A stretch of 64,000 nucleotides of DNA from Candidatus Limnocylindrales bacterium (lineage in GTDB: Bacteria; Chloroflexota; Limnocylindria; Limnocylindrales; CSP1-4). The notes under the pieces were generated by a model. The model did no database searches and was not told the DNA's origin. It saw nothing but the letters and a program-made list of their open reading frames with translations. The position numbers and the translations under genes were made by a program. The stretch covers positions 6,223 to 70,222 of the forward strand of contig JBBQDL010000005.1 in NCBI GenBank assembly GCA_038319665.1. Reading direction: 5' to 3'. Of this stretch, positions 17,345 through 26,137 are shown piece by piece. How positions within the stretch are numbered: the stretch's first letter is position 1; every line of letters begins with the position of its first letter.

Positions 17345-18715
17345 ATGACGTACCGATCCCGTGCGGGCAGTACTTCGAGCTTGGCTTCGGCCCTCGCGCT
17401 CGCCGCGCTCCTCGCCGGTTCCAGCGTCGCCGCCGCGGCACCGCCAAGCCCGGCCTTCGCGGCCCCGGTGCGCCTCGGGTTCGCGCACGGCGACGACTGG
17501 GAGCCTTCGATCGCGGCTGACCGCCACGGCCACGTATATGCCTTCTGGACCCACTACGTCGGGTTCGGCGGAGCCGCGACCGGCGAGCCGGATCCGACCT
17601 GTCCCGGCTGCGGCAGCCCGCACATGGACCTCCAGATCTCGGCCGACGGCGGCGCGTCATGGAGCCAGCCGAAGGCGCCCTTCCCGACGTTGACCCGAGA
17701 GGACGACCCGCAGATCGTGGTGGACCCGGCCGACGGCCGGACGCTGTACGCCTCATACATGCAGGACAAGAAGTCGAGCCAGTACGTCGCCCGGTCGGTC
17801 GACTTCGGCGTCACCTGGAAGACGATGCTCGTCGAGCGGCTTCAGCGCGGCACGGACAAGGACATCCTGGCCGTACGAGGGCGGGACCTTTATCTCGTCT
17901 ATCACACGCTCCAGAAGATCTTCGTGACGTCCTCCCACGACAGCGGCGCCACGTGGACGACGAATAATCTGCTCAACGGCACGACGAACTCGCAGTTCGG
18001 CCAGTCGCTACCGAGCGGCGGGGCGGTCGACAGTCACGGCATCGTCTATTTCGCCTGGGATGGCGTGAATGCCTCTGGGCAGGCAAAGGGCAACACGAAC
18101 CTCTACGTCACCAAGTCGACCGATCGGGGCGCGACGTGGACGACGTCGCTGGTCGACGTGTCGCAGGCGGCACCGTCGTGTGGCTGTCCTGGTTGGGACT
18201 TCTGGGGCGCCCAGATGGCCCTTGGCATCGACGGGGCGGACCGCGTCTACGTCCTGTGGCAGGCGAACCGGGTGAAGTACGGCCCGCAGCGGCTCTTCTT
18301 CGCGCGATCGACCGACGGGGCGCACTGGTCGGCCGCCCTTGACGTCTCGCGCGCCCCTGTCGGGTCGAACAACGCATTCCCCGCCCTGGTCGCCACAGGC
18401 AGCGGCGATGTCCGGATCGCGTGGATGGACGACCGGAACGGCTTCGATGCCGGCTCGAACGACCCGAACGCCCGGTGGAACACCTACTACCGTTCATCGA
18501 CCGACGGCGGTTCGACCTGGTCGGCCGAATCCAAGCTGTCATCGGTCGTGGCCGGCTACGCCTACCAGCTTGCCACGCCCAAGGATGGCTTCCTGGAGCC
18601 TTACGGCGACTACTTCGAGATGGACATCGACAGCCACGGCAAGACCGTCGCGCTGTGGGGCGAGGGTAACAGCTACGCCGGGCCGGGCAATATCTGGTTC
18701 GCGCGCCAGCAATAG
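17345..18715 (+). CDS. secreted BNR/Asp-box repeat beta-propeller protein (sialidase-fold superfamily)
   Basis: The signal peptide is MTYRSRAGSTSSLASALALAALLAGSSVAAAAPP. There are six S-x-D-x-G-x-(T/S)-W-type boxes: SADGGASWS, SVDFGVTWK, SHDSGATWT, STDRGATWT, STDGAHWS, STDGGSTWS. An AGGAGGA RBS precedes ATG 17345. Confidence 0.8.
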   Translation: MTYRSRAGSTSSLASALALAALLAGSSVAAAAPPSPAFAAPVRLGFAHGDDWEPSIAADRHGHVYAFWTHYVGFGGAATGEPDPTCPGCGSPHMDLQISADGGASWSQPKAPFPTLTREDDPQIVVDPADGRTLYASYMQDKKSSQYVARSVDFGVTWKTMLVERLQRGTDKDILAVRGRDLYLVYHTLQKIFVTSSHDSGATWTTNNLLNGTTNSQFGQSLPSGGAVDSHGIVYFAWDGVNASGQAKGNTNLYVTKSTDRGATWTTSLVDVSQAAPSCGCPGWDFWGAQMALGIDGADRVYVLWQANRVKYGPQRLFFARSTDGAHWSAALDVSRAPVGSNNAFPALVATGSGDVRIAWMDDRNGFDAGSNDPNARWNTYYRSSTDGGSTWSAESKLSSVVAGYAYQLATPKDGFLEPYGDYFEMDIDSHGKTVALWGEGNSYAGPGNIWFARQQ

Positions 18716-18848
18716 GAAGCTGCCGGACCGGACGGCTAGCGCTCGACGTTGACGACGTCGAGGGTGCGGGGCCATGGACCAGCCAAGTATTCGAGGTACC
18801 GTCATCGCTGACGGCGTCGGCAATGGGCGCTTCGAAGAGGAATGCTTG

Positions 18849-19331
18849 ATGCTGGATTGGGCGCGATTCGCGGTCGCGGCTCCCGAGATCGAGGCGGAGG
18901 GCCAGCGGCTGATCTACGCCCGAGGCGACGGCGAGGCGTTGCTTGCCACCGTCCGCGGCGACGACCTGCCCCGGATCCACCCGGTCAACGTCGCGATCGT
19001 CCGCGACGGCCTGTACGCCTTCGTGATCGAGCGTTCTGCCAAGCGGCGGGACCTCGGATCGGACGGCCGGTTCGCCCTCCACACGCACCAGGACCCCGAA
19101 GCGCCGAGCGAGGTCATGCTGCGCGGCCGGGCGCGCCTGGTCGACGATCCCTCCGAACGAGCGCGGGTCACCGCCGGGTGGGCGTTCGAGGTCGACGACA
19201 GCTACACCCTCTTCGAGTTCCTGATCGAATCGGCGCTGCTCGGCGTGCGTGCAAGCGCTGACGAGTGGCCGCCGCGCTACCGCTCCTGGCCGGGCTGGCC
19301 GAGGGCCGCGGCCGAGGGAGTCGGGAGCTAG
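18849..19331 (+). CDS. pyridoxamine 5'-phosphate oxidase-like (FMN-binding split-barrel) family protein
   Basis: ALLATVRGDDLPRIHPVNVAIVRDGLYAFV...RFALHTHQDP...VMLRGRARLVDD has the typical PNPOx-like pattern. ATG 18849 (MLDW) is preferred. The track ORF starts at 18774. Confidence 0.65.
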   Translation: MLDWARFAVAAPEIEAEGQRLIYARGDGEALLATVRGDDLPRIHPVNVAIVRDGLYAFVIERSAKRRDLGSDGRFALHTHQDPEAPSEVMLRGRARLVDDPSERARVTAGWAFEVDDSYTLFEFLIESALLGVRASADEWPPRYRSWPGWPRAAAEGVGS

Positions 19332-19795
19332 GCTCCGCCCTGACGAAGCCGGACGAGCTCATCGACCCACTCCCGAAGTCGATCGAGGTGCTCGGCGTAG
19401 TGGTCGATCGCAGACTTGCGGATCCACCAGGCGGCCTCATCCGACGGCTCCGCGAGCCCGACCAAGGCTTGCAGCATCATCGTTCGTCCGGCATTGGCCT
19501 GGACCCAGACCACGTCCCACGGTTGATCGCGCATGGCCTCGAGGAAGGCGGCGTTCAACCCGTCGACGTCGACGTCGTGGCCGTCATACGTGCCCGCCCA
19601 CATCCGTTCGAATTGGGTCGCGCCCTCGGCCAGCCAGGTGCCGAGGTGACCGACGACGTCACGGACGGACCAGTCAGGGTCCAGGTAATACCCGGGGACG
19701 AGGCGCTCCTCGGGCGCGAGCTCCCGAACGAGGCGCGCCAGCTCGTACCATCCGCGCTCCTCGGCATCGAGGTCGGTCTCGTTCTGCCTCGGCAC
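19328..19795 (-). CDS. DinB / mycothiol-dependent maleylpyruvate isomerase N-terminal-like four-helix-bundle protein
   Basis: WSVRDVVGHLGTWLAEGATQFERM...AIDHYAEHLDRLREW carries the His-containing DinB-fold motifs. Its stop overlaps the convergent neighbour's stop (CTAG). Confidence 0.65.
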   Translation of the reverse strand: MPRQNETDLDAEERGWYELARLVRELAPEERLVPGYYLDPDWSVRDVVGHLGTWLAEGATQFERMWAGTYDGHDVDVDGLNAAFLEAMRDQPWDVVWVQANAGRTMMLQALVGLAEPSDEAAWWIRKSAIDHYAEHLDRLREWVDELVRLRQGGA

Positions 19796-19860
19796 ATCGA
19801 CGATGGTCGCACGTTCGGCGCGAGCGGTTTCCCCCGCGGAACGCGACTCACGCGGACGGG

Positions 19861-20259
19861 TCAGCCCTGCGGGCTGTCCTCCCCCGCCGATCCCGACCCG
19901 GCTGAGGTCGCCGACGAGGTGCCGCCTCGATCGCCCGTCTCGCGCCGAAGGTCGGACGCGACCTCACGTCCGCGGGTCGCCAGACGGCCGCCCACTTCCT
20001 CGGTCTTCTCGGCCGCGCGATGCGCGATGGGCCCGGCCGCCTGGCCGGCCTTCGCGGCGAGTTCCGCGGCTCGGGCTGCGATCTCGCGCAGGACGGGTGT
20101 GGCGTAATTCGCGACGTTCTCGATCATCGTGTCGAGCTGCCGGATGGCGGGCTCGCCATGGGCGGGTCCGCTGCCGCTGGCGTTCTTCGTTGCCGCCGGG
20201 AGGTCGGACTCGGTGCTCGCGCCGGTGTCGGTGCCTCCGGTTCGATATGGATCGGTCAT
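19861..20259 (-). CDS. hypothetical protein (132 aa), Ala/Gly/Glu-rich, predicted helical or disordered
   Basis: ATG 20259 is preceded by the AAGGGAG RBS. The central amphipathic segment is VANYATPVLREIAARAAELAAKAGQAAGPIAHRAAEKTEEVGGRLATRG. The longer track ORF upstream is junk-like. Confidence 0.5.
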   Translation of the reverse strand: MTDPYRTGGTDTGASTESDLPAATKNASGSGPAHGEPAIRQLDTMIENVANYATPVLREIAARAAELAAKAGQAAGPIAHRAAEKTEEVGGRLATRGREVASDLRRETGDRGGTSSATSAGSGSAGEDSPQG

Positions 20260-20432
20260 GACCTGGACTCCCTTCATCTCCTGCCTGCACGCCGGACCTC
20301 GACGAGAGCGTCGGCCGCGCCATCGTACGAGCTGTGCCGTCTCAGATGACCGCCCACACTCCCATCGATGCGTTGCAGGTGCGCGCCGAGCCGGTCCACG
20401 GCGACGCGCCCGCGACGTCTCGTCGGCCCAGG

Positions 20433-21560
20433 TCAGGTGGTCCACAGCAGGATCTGGCCGGTCGCCGCGTCGACCACGATCGGCAAGGCCGACAGTGGCT
20501 GGTCCGTCGGGCCGGCCAGGACCGCCGCCCCGTGTGCCGGATCGAAGGCCGCCCCGTGGCAAGGGCAGACGAGCGCAGCGTCGGTCGTGACGTATTCGAC
20601 CGTGCAGCCGGCGTGCGTACACACGGCATCGAAGGCGACGTAGGAGCCGTCCTGCAACCGCACGATGACGCCGGGATCGCCGGCCGGGAGTGGGGCCGGT
20701 GCGGTAAACGGAACGGTGAACGCCGCGAAGCCGCGCGCATCGACAGCCGCGACGGTAGCCACGCCGAGCCCCGTCGGCGCCGGTCCCGATGGTGACCCCG
20801 ACGATGACCCCGAGGGCGAACCCTCCGGCCCCGGGCTGGCGGACGGTGCCGCGCGCTCGAGGCCGAGCATCCGCGCCGGGACCGCGAGCGACGAGACGGC
20901 CAGCGCCGCGATCGCCAGGAGCCCTGTCTCGAGGAAGGCGCGTCGGCCCGGGGATGCGACCTGCGCCTCTCGTGGCCGCTGGCCGGGTCGTCGCGTTCGC
21001 GCCGGGGGATGCTCGGTCAGCCGACGCGGCACGAGCAGGCCGCCATGACCGGCGATCGCCAGGGTAAGCCAGCCGATCGCATACGGCAGGTCCGACCCCA
21101 GGTAGTACGGATGCGTCGTCCACGAGACCGTCAGGAAGAAGAGGAACGACAGGGTCGCGCCCCCGGCCGCGGCGATCCGGTAGGCGAGACCGGAGATCGC
21201 ACCCAGCCCGATGCCGATCTCGGCGATGGCGATGAGCAACCCCACGGCGTTCGCTTCGGGCGCGGCCAGCTGGGTCAGCCCGCCGACCGGCGACCCACGG
21301 GCGAATCCAAGCAGCTGGGCATGGATCGATGTCGCGCTCGCGGTATCGAAGAAGGTGGGGTCGAGGAGCTTGTCGATCCCGGCATACAGGAACGTCGCAC
21401 CGAAGAAGAAACGCACCGGCAGGAGGGCGGCGGCCGGAACGCTGACGTCGCGAAGTCGATCGCCGAGCGACATGTGTTCGGGCGGCGCGTCTCGTTGCGG
21501 TCGCTCGGCTCGAGGGCCGGGCGGCGCGATGTCATGTCGACGGGATCGCCGCCGGCTCAC
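20433..21560 (-). CDS. DoxX-like membrane domain fused to a C-terminal Rieske [2Fe-2S] domain
   Basis: The N-terminal half, LLPVRFFFGATFLYAGIDKLLDPTFF plus three further TM helices, is DoxX-like. A mid-protein RRAFLETGLLAIAALAVSSLA segment is Tat-signal-like. The C-terminus has CTHAGC...CPCHG, the Rieske cluster ligands. The start is uncertain (GTG 21560 or ATG 21473). Confidence 0.75.
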   Translation of the reverse strand: MSRRRSRRHDIAPPGPRAERPQRDAPPEHMSLGDRLRDVSVPAAALLPVRFFFGATFLYAGIDKLLDPTFFDTASATSIHAQLLGFARGSPVGGLTQLAAPEANAVGLLIAIAEIGIGLGAISGLAYRIAAAGGATLSFLFFLTVSWTTHPYYLGSDLPYAIGWLTLAIAGHGGLLVPRRLTEHPPARTRRPGQRPREAQVASPGRRAFLETGLLAIAALAVSSLAVPARMLGLERAAPSASPGPEGSPSGSSSGSPSGPAPTGLGVATVAAVDARGFAAFTVPFTAPAPLPAGDPGVIVRLQDGSYVAFDAVCTHAGCTVEYVTTDAALVCPCHGAAFDPAHGAAVLAGPTDQPLSALPIVVDAATGQILLWTT

Positions 21561-21683
21561 CGGTGCCGCCCGCCTGAAGGGAGCTCGATCAGCCCGATGC
21601 CAAGAACCATGCCCCGATCGTACCGCTCAGGGCGATGATGCGGCCGCCGCGGTCAGCGGCTCCGGCGTACCCGCGTTGGCCGG

Positions 21684-22586
21684 TCAGCGGCTGATCTCAT
21701 CCGGCAGCAGCGGCCGGACCGAGAGCGTGAACTCCGACCCACCGGAGGTGAACGCCGTCAGCGCCGTCACTCGTTGGAGGATCGGCCCGACCACGGCCGC
21801 ATCGGTACCGAGCACGGTCCCCTGGCGCAGGCCGGCGATACCGCGGTCCGCGGCGGTCGGCGTCCCGAACTCGGCGAGTGGCGTCGCGAGCGGCCAGGCG
21901 ACCGGCGACTGGCTGGCCTGCGGGTCGGAGGCCGGCCTGCCCGGGGCCACGAAGATGAGGTATCCGGTCGGCACGTAGGCAGTCTCTTGGGCCGCCGGGC
22001 CGCCCCACGTTTCCGCCGGGTCGACCAGCCGACCGAGCAACGCCATCGCGGCGGTGCGCTCGTCACCGGGCGACGCGACCGGCCCTCCCGGTTGACCGGG
22101 CTGGCCACCCGAGAATCGCGAGATGGTGGTCGCGTCGTCGACGACGACAGTGAAGACGTTTGTGCCCGAATCGCCGGGGATGCCCGGCGCCCCGGAGGCC
22201 GGCTTGTCCAACCCAGCCTCACGGATGGCGGCCAGGATCGCGGCTGCGCCCGCCGCGCCGACATCGCGAACCGTGACCGGCGGCAGGAGCGGTCCCGGAT
22301 ATATCGCGTCGACCGGCCCGGGTGTCAGGATCCGTCCGTCGGTGTAGACCGTGACTGAAGGGAGCGCTGCCAGGTTCGCGGCCGGGTTGATGAACCCGCC
22401 TTCGGAGGTCACTTTGAGCAAGAGGGTCGCGGAGCCCGTGGACGACGAGGGCGAGGGCGACACCACGAGCGACGGACTGCCGGCCGACGGAGGCGACCCG
22501 GTCCCGCTAGCCGAAGGGGATGAGGCGGCACAACCGGCGATGCCGAGGGCAAGGATGGCCATCGGGATCGTGCGCAGGAAGGTCAT
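21684..22586 (-). CDS. lipoprotein, unknown function
   Basis: MTFLRTIPMAILALGIAGCAASS has the lipobox L-G-I-A-G-C, followed by a Ser/Pro-rich linker. A GGAGA RBS lies 6 nt before ATG 22586. Confidence 0.7.
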   Translation of the reverse strand: MTFLRTIPMAILALGIAGCAASSPSASGTGSPPSAGSPSLVVSPSPSSSTGSATLLLKVTSEGGFINPAANLAALPSVTVYTDGRILTPGPVDAIYPGPLLPPVTVRDVGAAGAAAILAAIREAGLDKPASGAPGIPGDSGTNVFTVVVDDATTISRFSGGQPGQPGGPVASPGDERTAAMALLGRLVDPAETWGGPAAQETAYVPTGYLIFVAPGRPASDPQASQSPVAWPLATPLAEFGTPTAADRGIAGLRQGTVLGTDAAVVGPILQRVTALTAFTSGGSEFTLSVRPLLPDEISR

Positions 22587-22753
22587 GACTGGTCTCCGCA
22601 CGGCGCGCGGAATCGCAGCGTTGCCCGTCGAGACGTCGAACCTTCCGCGTTGGTTCCCAGGAACCCACTAGCGATGGGCAGCGATGCCGACAAGCGCGCG
22701 CCACGGTCCTCAGGCGGCGACCGGGAGACGAAAGCCCGTAGACTCGACCGCCG

Positions 22754-23908
22754 ATGGCTGGCGTCGCAGATCCAGGCCCTCTGGTCGAGCCGGACCGAAC
22801 GACCGCGTCGGGCCGCGGGCTGGCCACGCTCGAGCGGCCGCCCGTGCTCCTGGCGTTGGCAGCCACCCCGATCCTGGTCTGGCTCAGCCGCGGGATGACC
22901 TTCTACCATGACGAGTTCACGTTCATCCTGCTCCGCGACCTCTCGCTTCGCGGCATCTTCGCGCCCCACAACGAGCACCTCAGCGCGTTGCCGGTGATCG
23001 TCTACCGGGTCCTCCTGGGGACGGTCGGGATGGTCTCCTACTGGCCATATCTCGCGGTGCTCTTCGCGCTCCATATCGCCGTCGCGGCGATCGTCTACAG
23101 CGTCGTTCGGCGAGCGGCCCCGCTGGCCTGGGCGCTGGGCGCGATGGCCGTCATGCTCATGCTCGGCTCCGGCGGCGACGACATCCTGTGGGCGTTCCAG
23201 ATGGGGACGATCGGGGCGACGGCGGGTGGGATGGCGGCTGTCATGGTAGCCCCGAGGCGCCCGGGGCTGGCGGCGGTCTTCCTGACCTTGGCGCTCGGCT
23301 GCTCGGGGGTCGCGCTCGCGTTCGTGGTGGGGACCGCCCTGCATCTGCTCCTGACCCGTCCGCGGGCGCTGGTCTGGCTGGCCATCCCGGTCGGGCTCTA
23401 CCTCGTCTGGTACGTGACCTTCGGGAGGTCGGGGATGTCGGGCGTGGGGATCGCCGGGCTGGTGGAATACGTCCTCGATGGTCTCGCCGCGAGCGCTGCC
23501 GGCGCGCTCGGCTCCACGATCCTGATCGTCGGCGAAGTCGCGCTCCTCGTGCTCGCGGTCGGGCTCGTTTGGGTGCGGTCCGCGCCGCCCGTCGTCCTCG
23601 CCCTCCTGGCCTCGTCGATCGCCTTCTTCGCGATCGCCGGGCTCGTTCGCGCTCAGCTCGGGCCCGAGGAGGCCACCGTGCCCCGGTACGTCTACGTTGC
23701 CGCGCCGGCATTCATCGTCGCCGGGACCGTCCTGCTGTCGCGGATCCGGCGGCCGGTCGGAACCGTCCTCGGCCTGGCCGTCCTCGTCATCGCCCTCACG
23801 GGGAATTTCGTCCTGCTGGTCGAGAGCCACGACCGGTTGCTCTCCAAGGTCGAATGCGAGCGGTCGATGACCCCGCTGGCCCGGGGAAGCGCGGGCAATC
23901 CCTGTTGA
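22754..23908 (+). CDS. polytopic integral membrane protein, unknown function
   Basis: 384-aa ORF with about 9-10 hydrophobic helices and no motif I recognise. The start is uncertain. Confidence 0.55.
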   Translation: MAGVADPGPLVEPDRTTASGRGLATLERPPVLLALAATPILVWLSRGMTFYHDEFTFILLRDLSLRGIFAPHNEHLSALPVIVYRVLLGTVGMVSYWPYLAVLFALHIAVAAIVYSVVRRAAPLAWALGAMAVMLMLGSGGDDILWAFQMGTIGATAGGMAAVMVAPRRPGLAAVFLTLALGCSGVALAFVVGTALHLLLTRPRALVWLAIPVGLYLVWYVTFGRSGMSGVGIAGLVEYVLDGLAASAAGALGSTILIVGEVALLVLAVGLVWVRSAPPVVLALLASSIAFFAIAGLVRAQLGPEEATVPRYVYVAAPAFIVAGTVLLSRIRRPVGTVLGLAVLVIALTGNFVLLVESHDRLLSKVECERSMTPLARGSAGNPC

Positions 23909-23939
23909 GGCGAGTCGGCTGACGACACTTCACGTCACC

Positions 23940-24410
23940 GTGTACTATCCACGGGTGTCTGAACGATCTCCCGCGGATCCGCTCCTCACCTCGATCGCGG
24001 CCGACCTCCATGCGACCTTCGGCGGGATGGTGCGTCAAGGTGCACCCTCGCCCGCCGGCGACCTGACCCTCGGCCAGATCCGGCTGCTCATCCTGCTTCG
24101 CCATGGTGGGCCTCATCCGATGGGCCGCATCGCCGAGGTCTTCGACCTGAGCACCACCGCCTCGACCGGATTCGTCGAGCGCATCGAGCGCCACGGGCTC
24201 GTCAGTCGGCGCCATCGCTCCGACGATCGACGCATCGTCGAATGCGTCCTGACCGAGACCGGGCGGCGGTTCCTCGATGAGCTCTCCGGGATCCGCATGG
24301 ACGTGACTCGCCAGGCGCTATCCGCGCTCGAGCCGGACGACCTGGTCGAATTCGGGCGCCTCCTGCGACTGATCCGCGAGCGTCGGCCAGTGGAGGTCGG
24401 ACGGGCATGA
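23940..24410 (+). CDS. MarR-family transcriptional regulator
   Basis: LTLGQIRLLILLRHGGPHPMGRIAEVFDLSTTASTGFVERIERHGLVSRRHRSDDRRIVECVLTETGRRF is a winged-HTH MarR signature. The stop overlaps the start of the ABC gene. Confidence 0.85.
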   Translation: MYYPRVSERSPADPLLTSIAADLHATFGGMVRQGAPSPAGDLTLGQIRLLILLRHGGPHPMGRIAEVFDLSTTASTGFVERIERHGLVSRRHRSDDRRIVECVLTETGRRFLDELSGIRMDVTRQALSALEPDDLVEFGRLLRLIRERRPVEVGRA

Positions 24411-26137
24411 TCGCGCTGCTGCGGACCTACCTCCGGCCGTATCGACGGGCGCTCGCGCTGGTGGTCGGCCTCCTCGTCGTCCAGGCGCTGTCGACCCTCT
24501 ACCTGCCCGCCCTCAACGGCGACATCATCAACAACGGCGTCGCCAAGGGTGACACCGGCTACATCCTCTCGACCGGGGCGTTGATGCTCGGCATCTCGCT
24601 GGTCGTGGTCGCGTGCTCGATCGTGGCCGTCTACTGGGGTTCGAAGACGGGGATGGCGTTCGGGCGCGACCTCCGTTCGGTCATCTTCCGCAAGGTCGAG
24701 AGCTTCTCGCAGGTCGAGCTCAACCACTTCGGTACGCCGTCGCTGATCACGCGCAATACGAATGACGTGCAGCAGGTCCAGATGGTCGTCCTGATTGGCC
24801 TCAACATGATGATCATCGCGCCCATCCTCGCCGTCGGCGGGATCATCATGGCCCTCCGCCAGGACGTTCCGCTGGCGGGCATCCTCGTCGTCATCCTGCC
24901 GATCATGGCCCTCATCGTCGGCACGCTGATGGCCAAGGCGCTGCCGCTCTTCCAGGCGATGCAGGTCAAGGTCGACCGCATCAATCAAGTGACGCGCGAG
25001 GCACTCAGCGGCGTCCGCGTCATCCGCGCCTTCGTGCGGACGCGCCACGAGGAAGAGCGATTCGACGTCGCGAACCAGGACCTGACCGCGACAGCGATGC
25101 GGGTCAACCGCATGTTCGCGGTGATGCTGCCGTTGCTGATGGCGGTCTTCAACCTGTCCTCGGTCGCGATCCTGTGGTTCGGCAGCATCCGGGTCGACAG
25201 CGGCAACATGCCGATCGGCAACCTCATCGCGTTCCTGCAGTACGTCATGCAGATCCTGTTCGCAGTGATGATGGCCGTCTTCATGTTCGTGCTGGTCCCG
25301 CGGGGCGTCGTGTCGTCGGGGCGGATCCAGGAGGTCCTCCGGACGAAGCCCGCCATCGAGGACCCCGACGAGCCGCTCGCCGCTCCGCCGCCCGTCGGCG
25401 CGATCGAATTCCGTGGCGTCGAGTTCCGCTACCCGGGCGCCCAGGATCCGGTGCTGCGCGACATCTCGCTCTCGATCGATCCCGGCCAGACGACCGCGAT
25501 CGTGGGCAGTACGGGCAGCGGCAAGAGCACGCTGATCAACCTCATCCCGCGCTTCTACGACGTCACGGCGGGCGTCCTGGCCATCGATGGCGCTGACGTC
25601 CGCGCCGTCCGCCGCGAGGAGGTCTGGGCGCGGGTCGGACTCGTCCCGCAGAAGGCCTTCTTGTTCAGTGGCACGATCGCGAGCAACCTCCGGTTCGGCA
25701 GGGCGGACGCCACTGACGAGGAGCTCTGGAACGCGCTCCGGATCGCCCAGGCCGAATCGTTCGTCCGCGAGCTAGCCGAGGGCCTCGAAGCGCCGATCAC
25801 ACAGGGCGGTACGAACCTCTCGGGCGGCCAGCGACAGCGCTTGGCGATCGCCCGTGCACTCGTGAAGCGTCCCGAGATCTACGTCTTCGACGACAGCTTC
25901 TCCGCCCTCGACTTCAAGACCGATGCCCTCCTCCGGGCCGCCCTGGCGCGCGAGATCAAGGGCGCCACGATCGTCATCGTCGCCCAACGGGTCGGGACCA
26001 TCATGGGCGCCGACCGGATCGTCGTCCTCGACGGCGGCCGGATCGTCGGCGTGGGGACCCATCCCGAGTTGATGGCCTCCTGCGAAACCTATCGAGAGAT
26101 CGTCTACTCGCAGATCAGTGCCGAGGAGGCGGCGTGA
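24407..26137 (+). CDS. ABC exporter, fused permease/ATP-binding subunit (type IV exporter fold, half-transporter A)
   Basis: A six-TM N-terminal domain is followed by Walker A GSTGSGKST, the signature LSGGQRQRLAIARAL and Walker B IYVFDDSFSALD. Confidence 0.9.
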   Translation: MIALLRTYLRPYRRALALVVGLLVVQALSTLYLPALNGDIINNGVAKGDTGYILSTGALMLGISLVVVACSIVAVYWGSKTGMAFGRDLRSVIFRKVESFSQVELNHFGTPSLITRNTNDVQQVQMVVLIGLNMMIIAPILAVGGIIMALRQDVPLAGILVVILPIMALIVGTLMAKALPLFQAMQVKVDRINQVTREALSGVRVIRAFVRTRHEEERFDVANQDLTATAMRVNRMFAVMLPLLMAVFNLSSVAILWFGSIRVDSGNMPIGNLIAFLQYVMQILFAVMMAVFMFVLVPRGVVSSGRIQEVLRTKPAIEDPDEPLAAPPPVGAIEFRGVEFRYPGAQDPVLRDISLSIDPGQTTAIVGSTGSGKSTLINLIPRFYDVTAGVLAIDGADVRAVRREEVWARVGLVPQKAFLFSGTIASNLRFGRADATDEELWNALRIAQAESFVRELAEGLEAPITQGGTNLSGGQRQRLAIARALVKRPEIYVFDDSFSALDFKTDALLRAALAREIKGATIVIVAQRVGTIMGADRIVVLDGGRIVGVGTHPELMASCETYREIVYSQISAEEAA

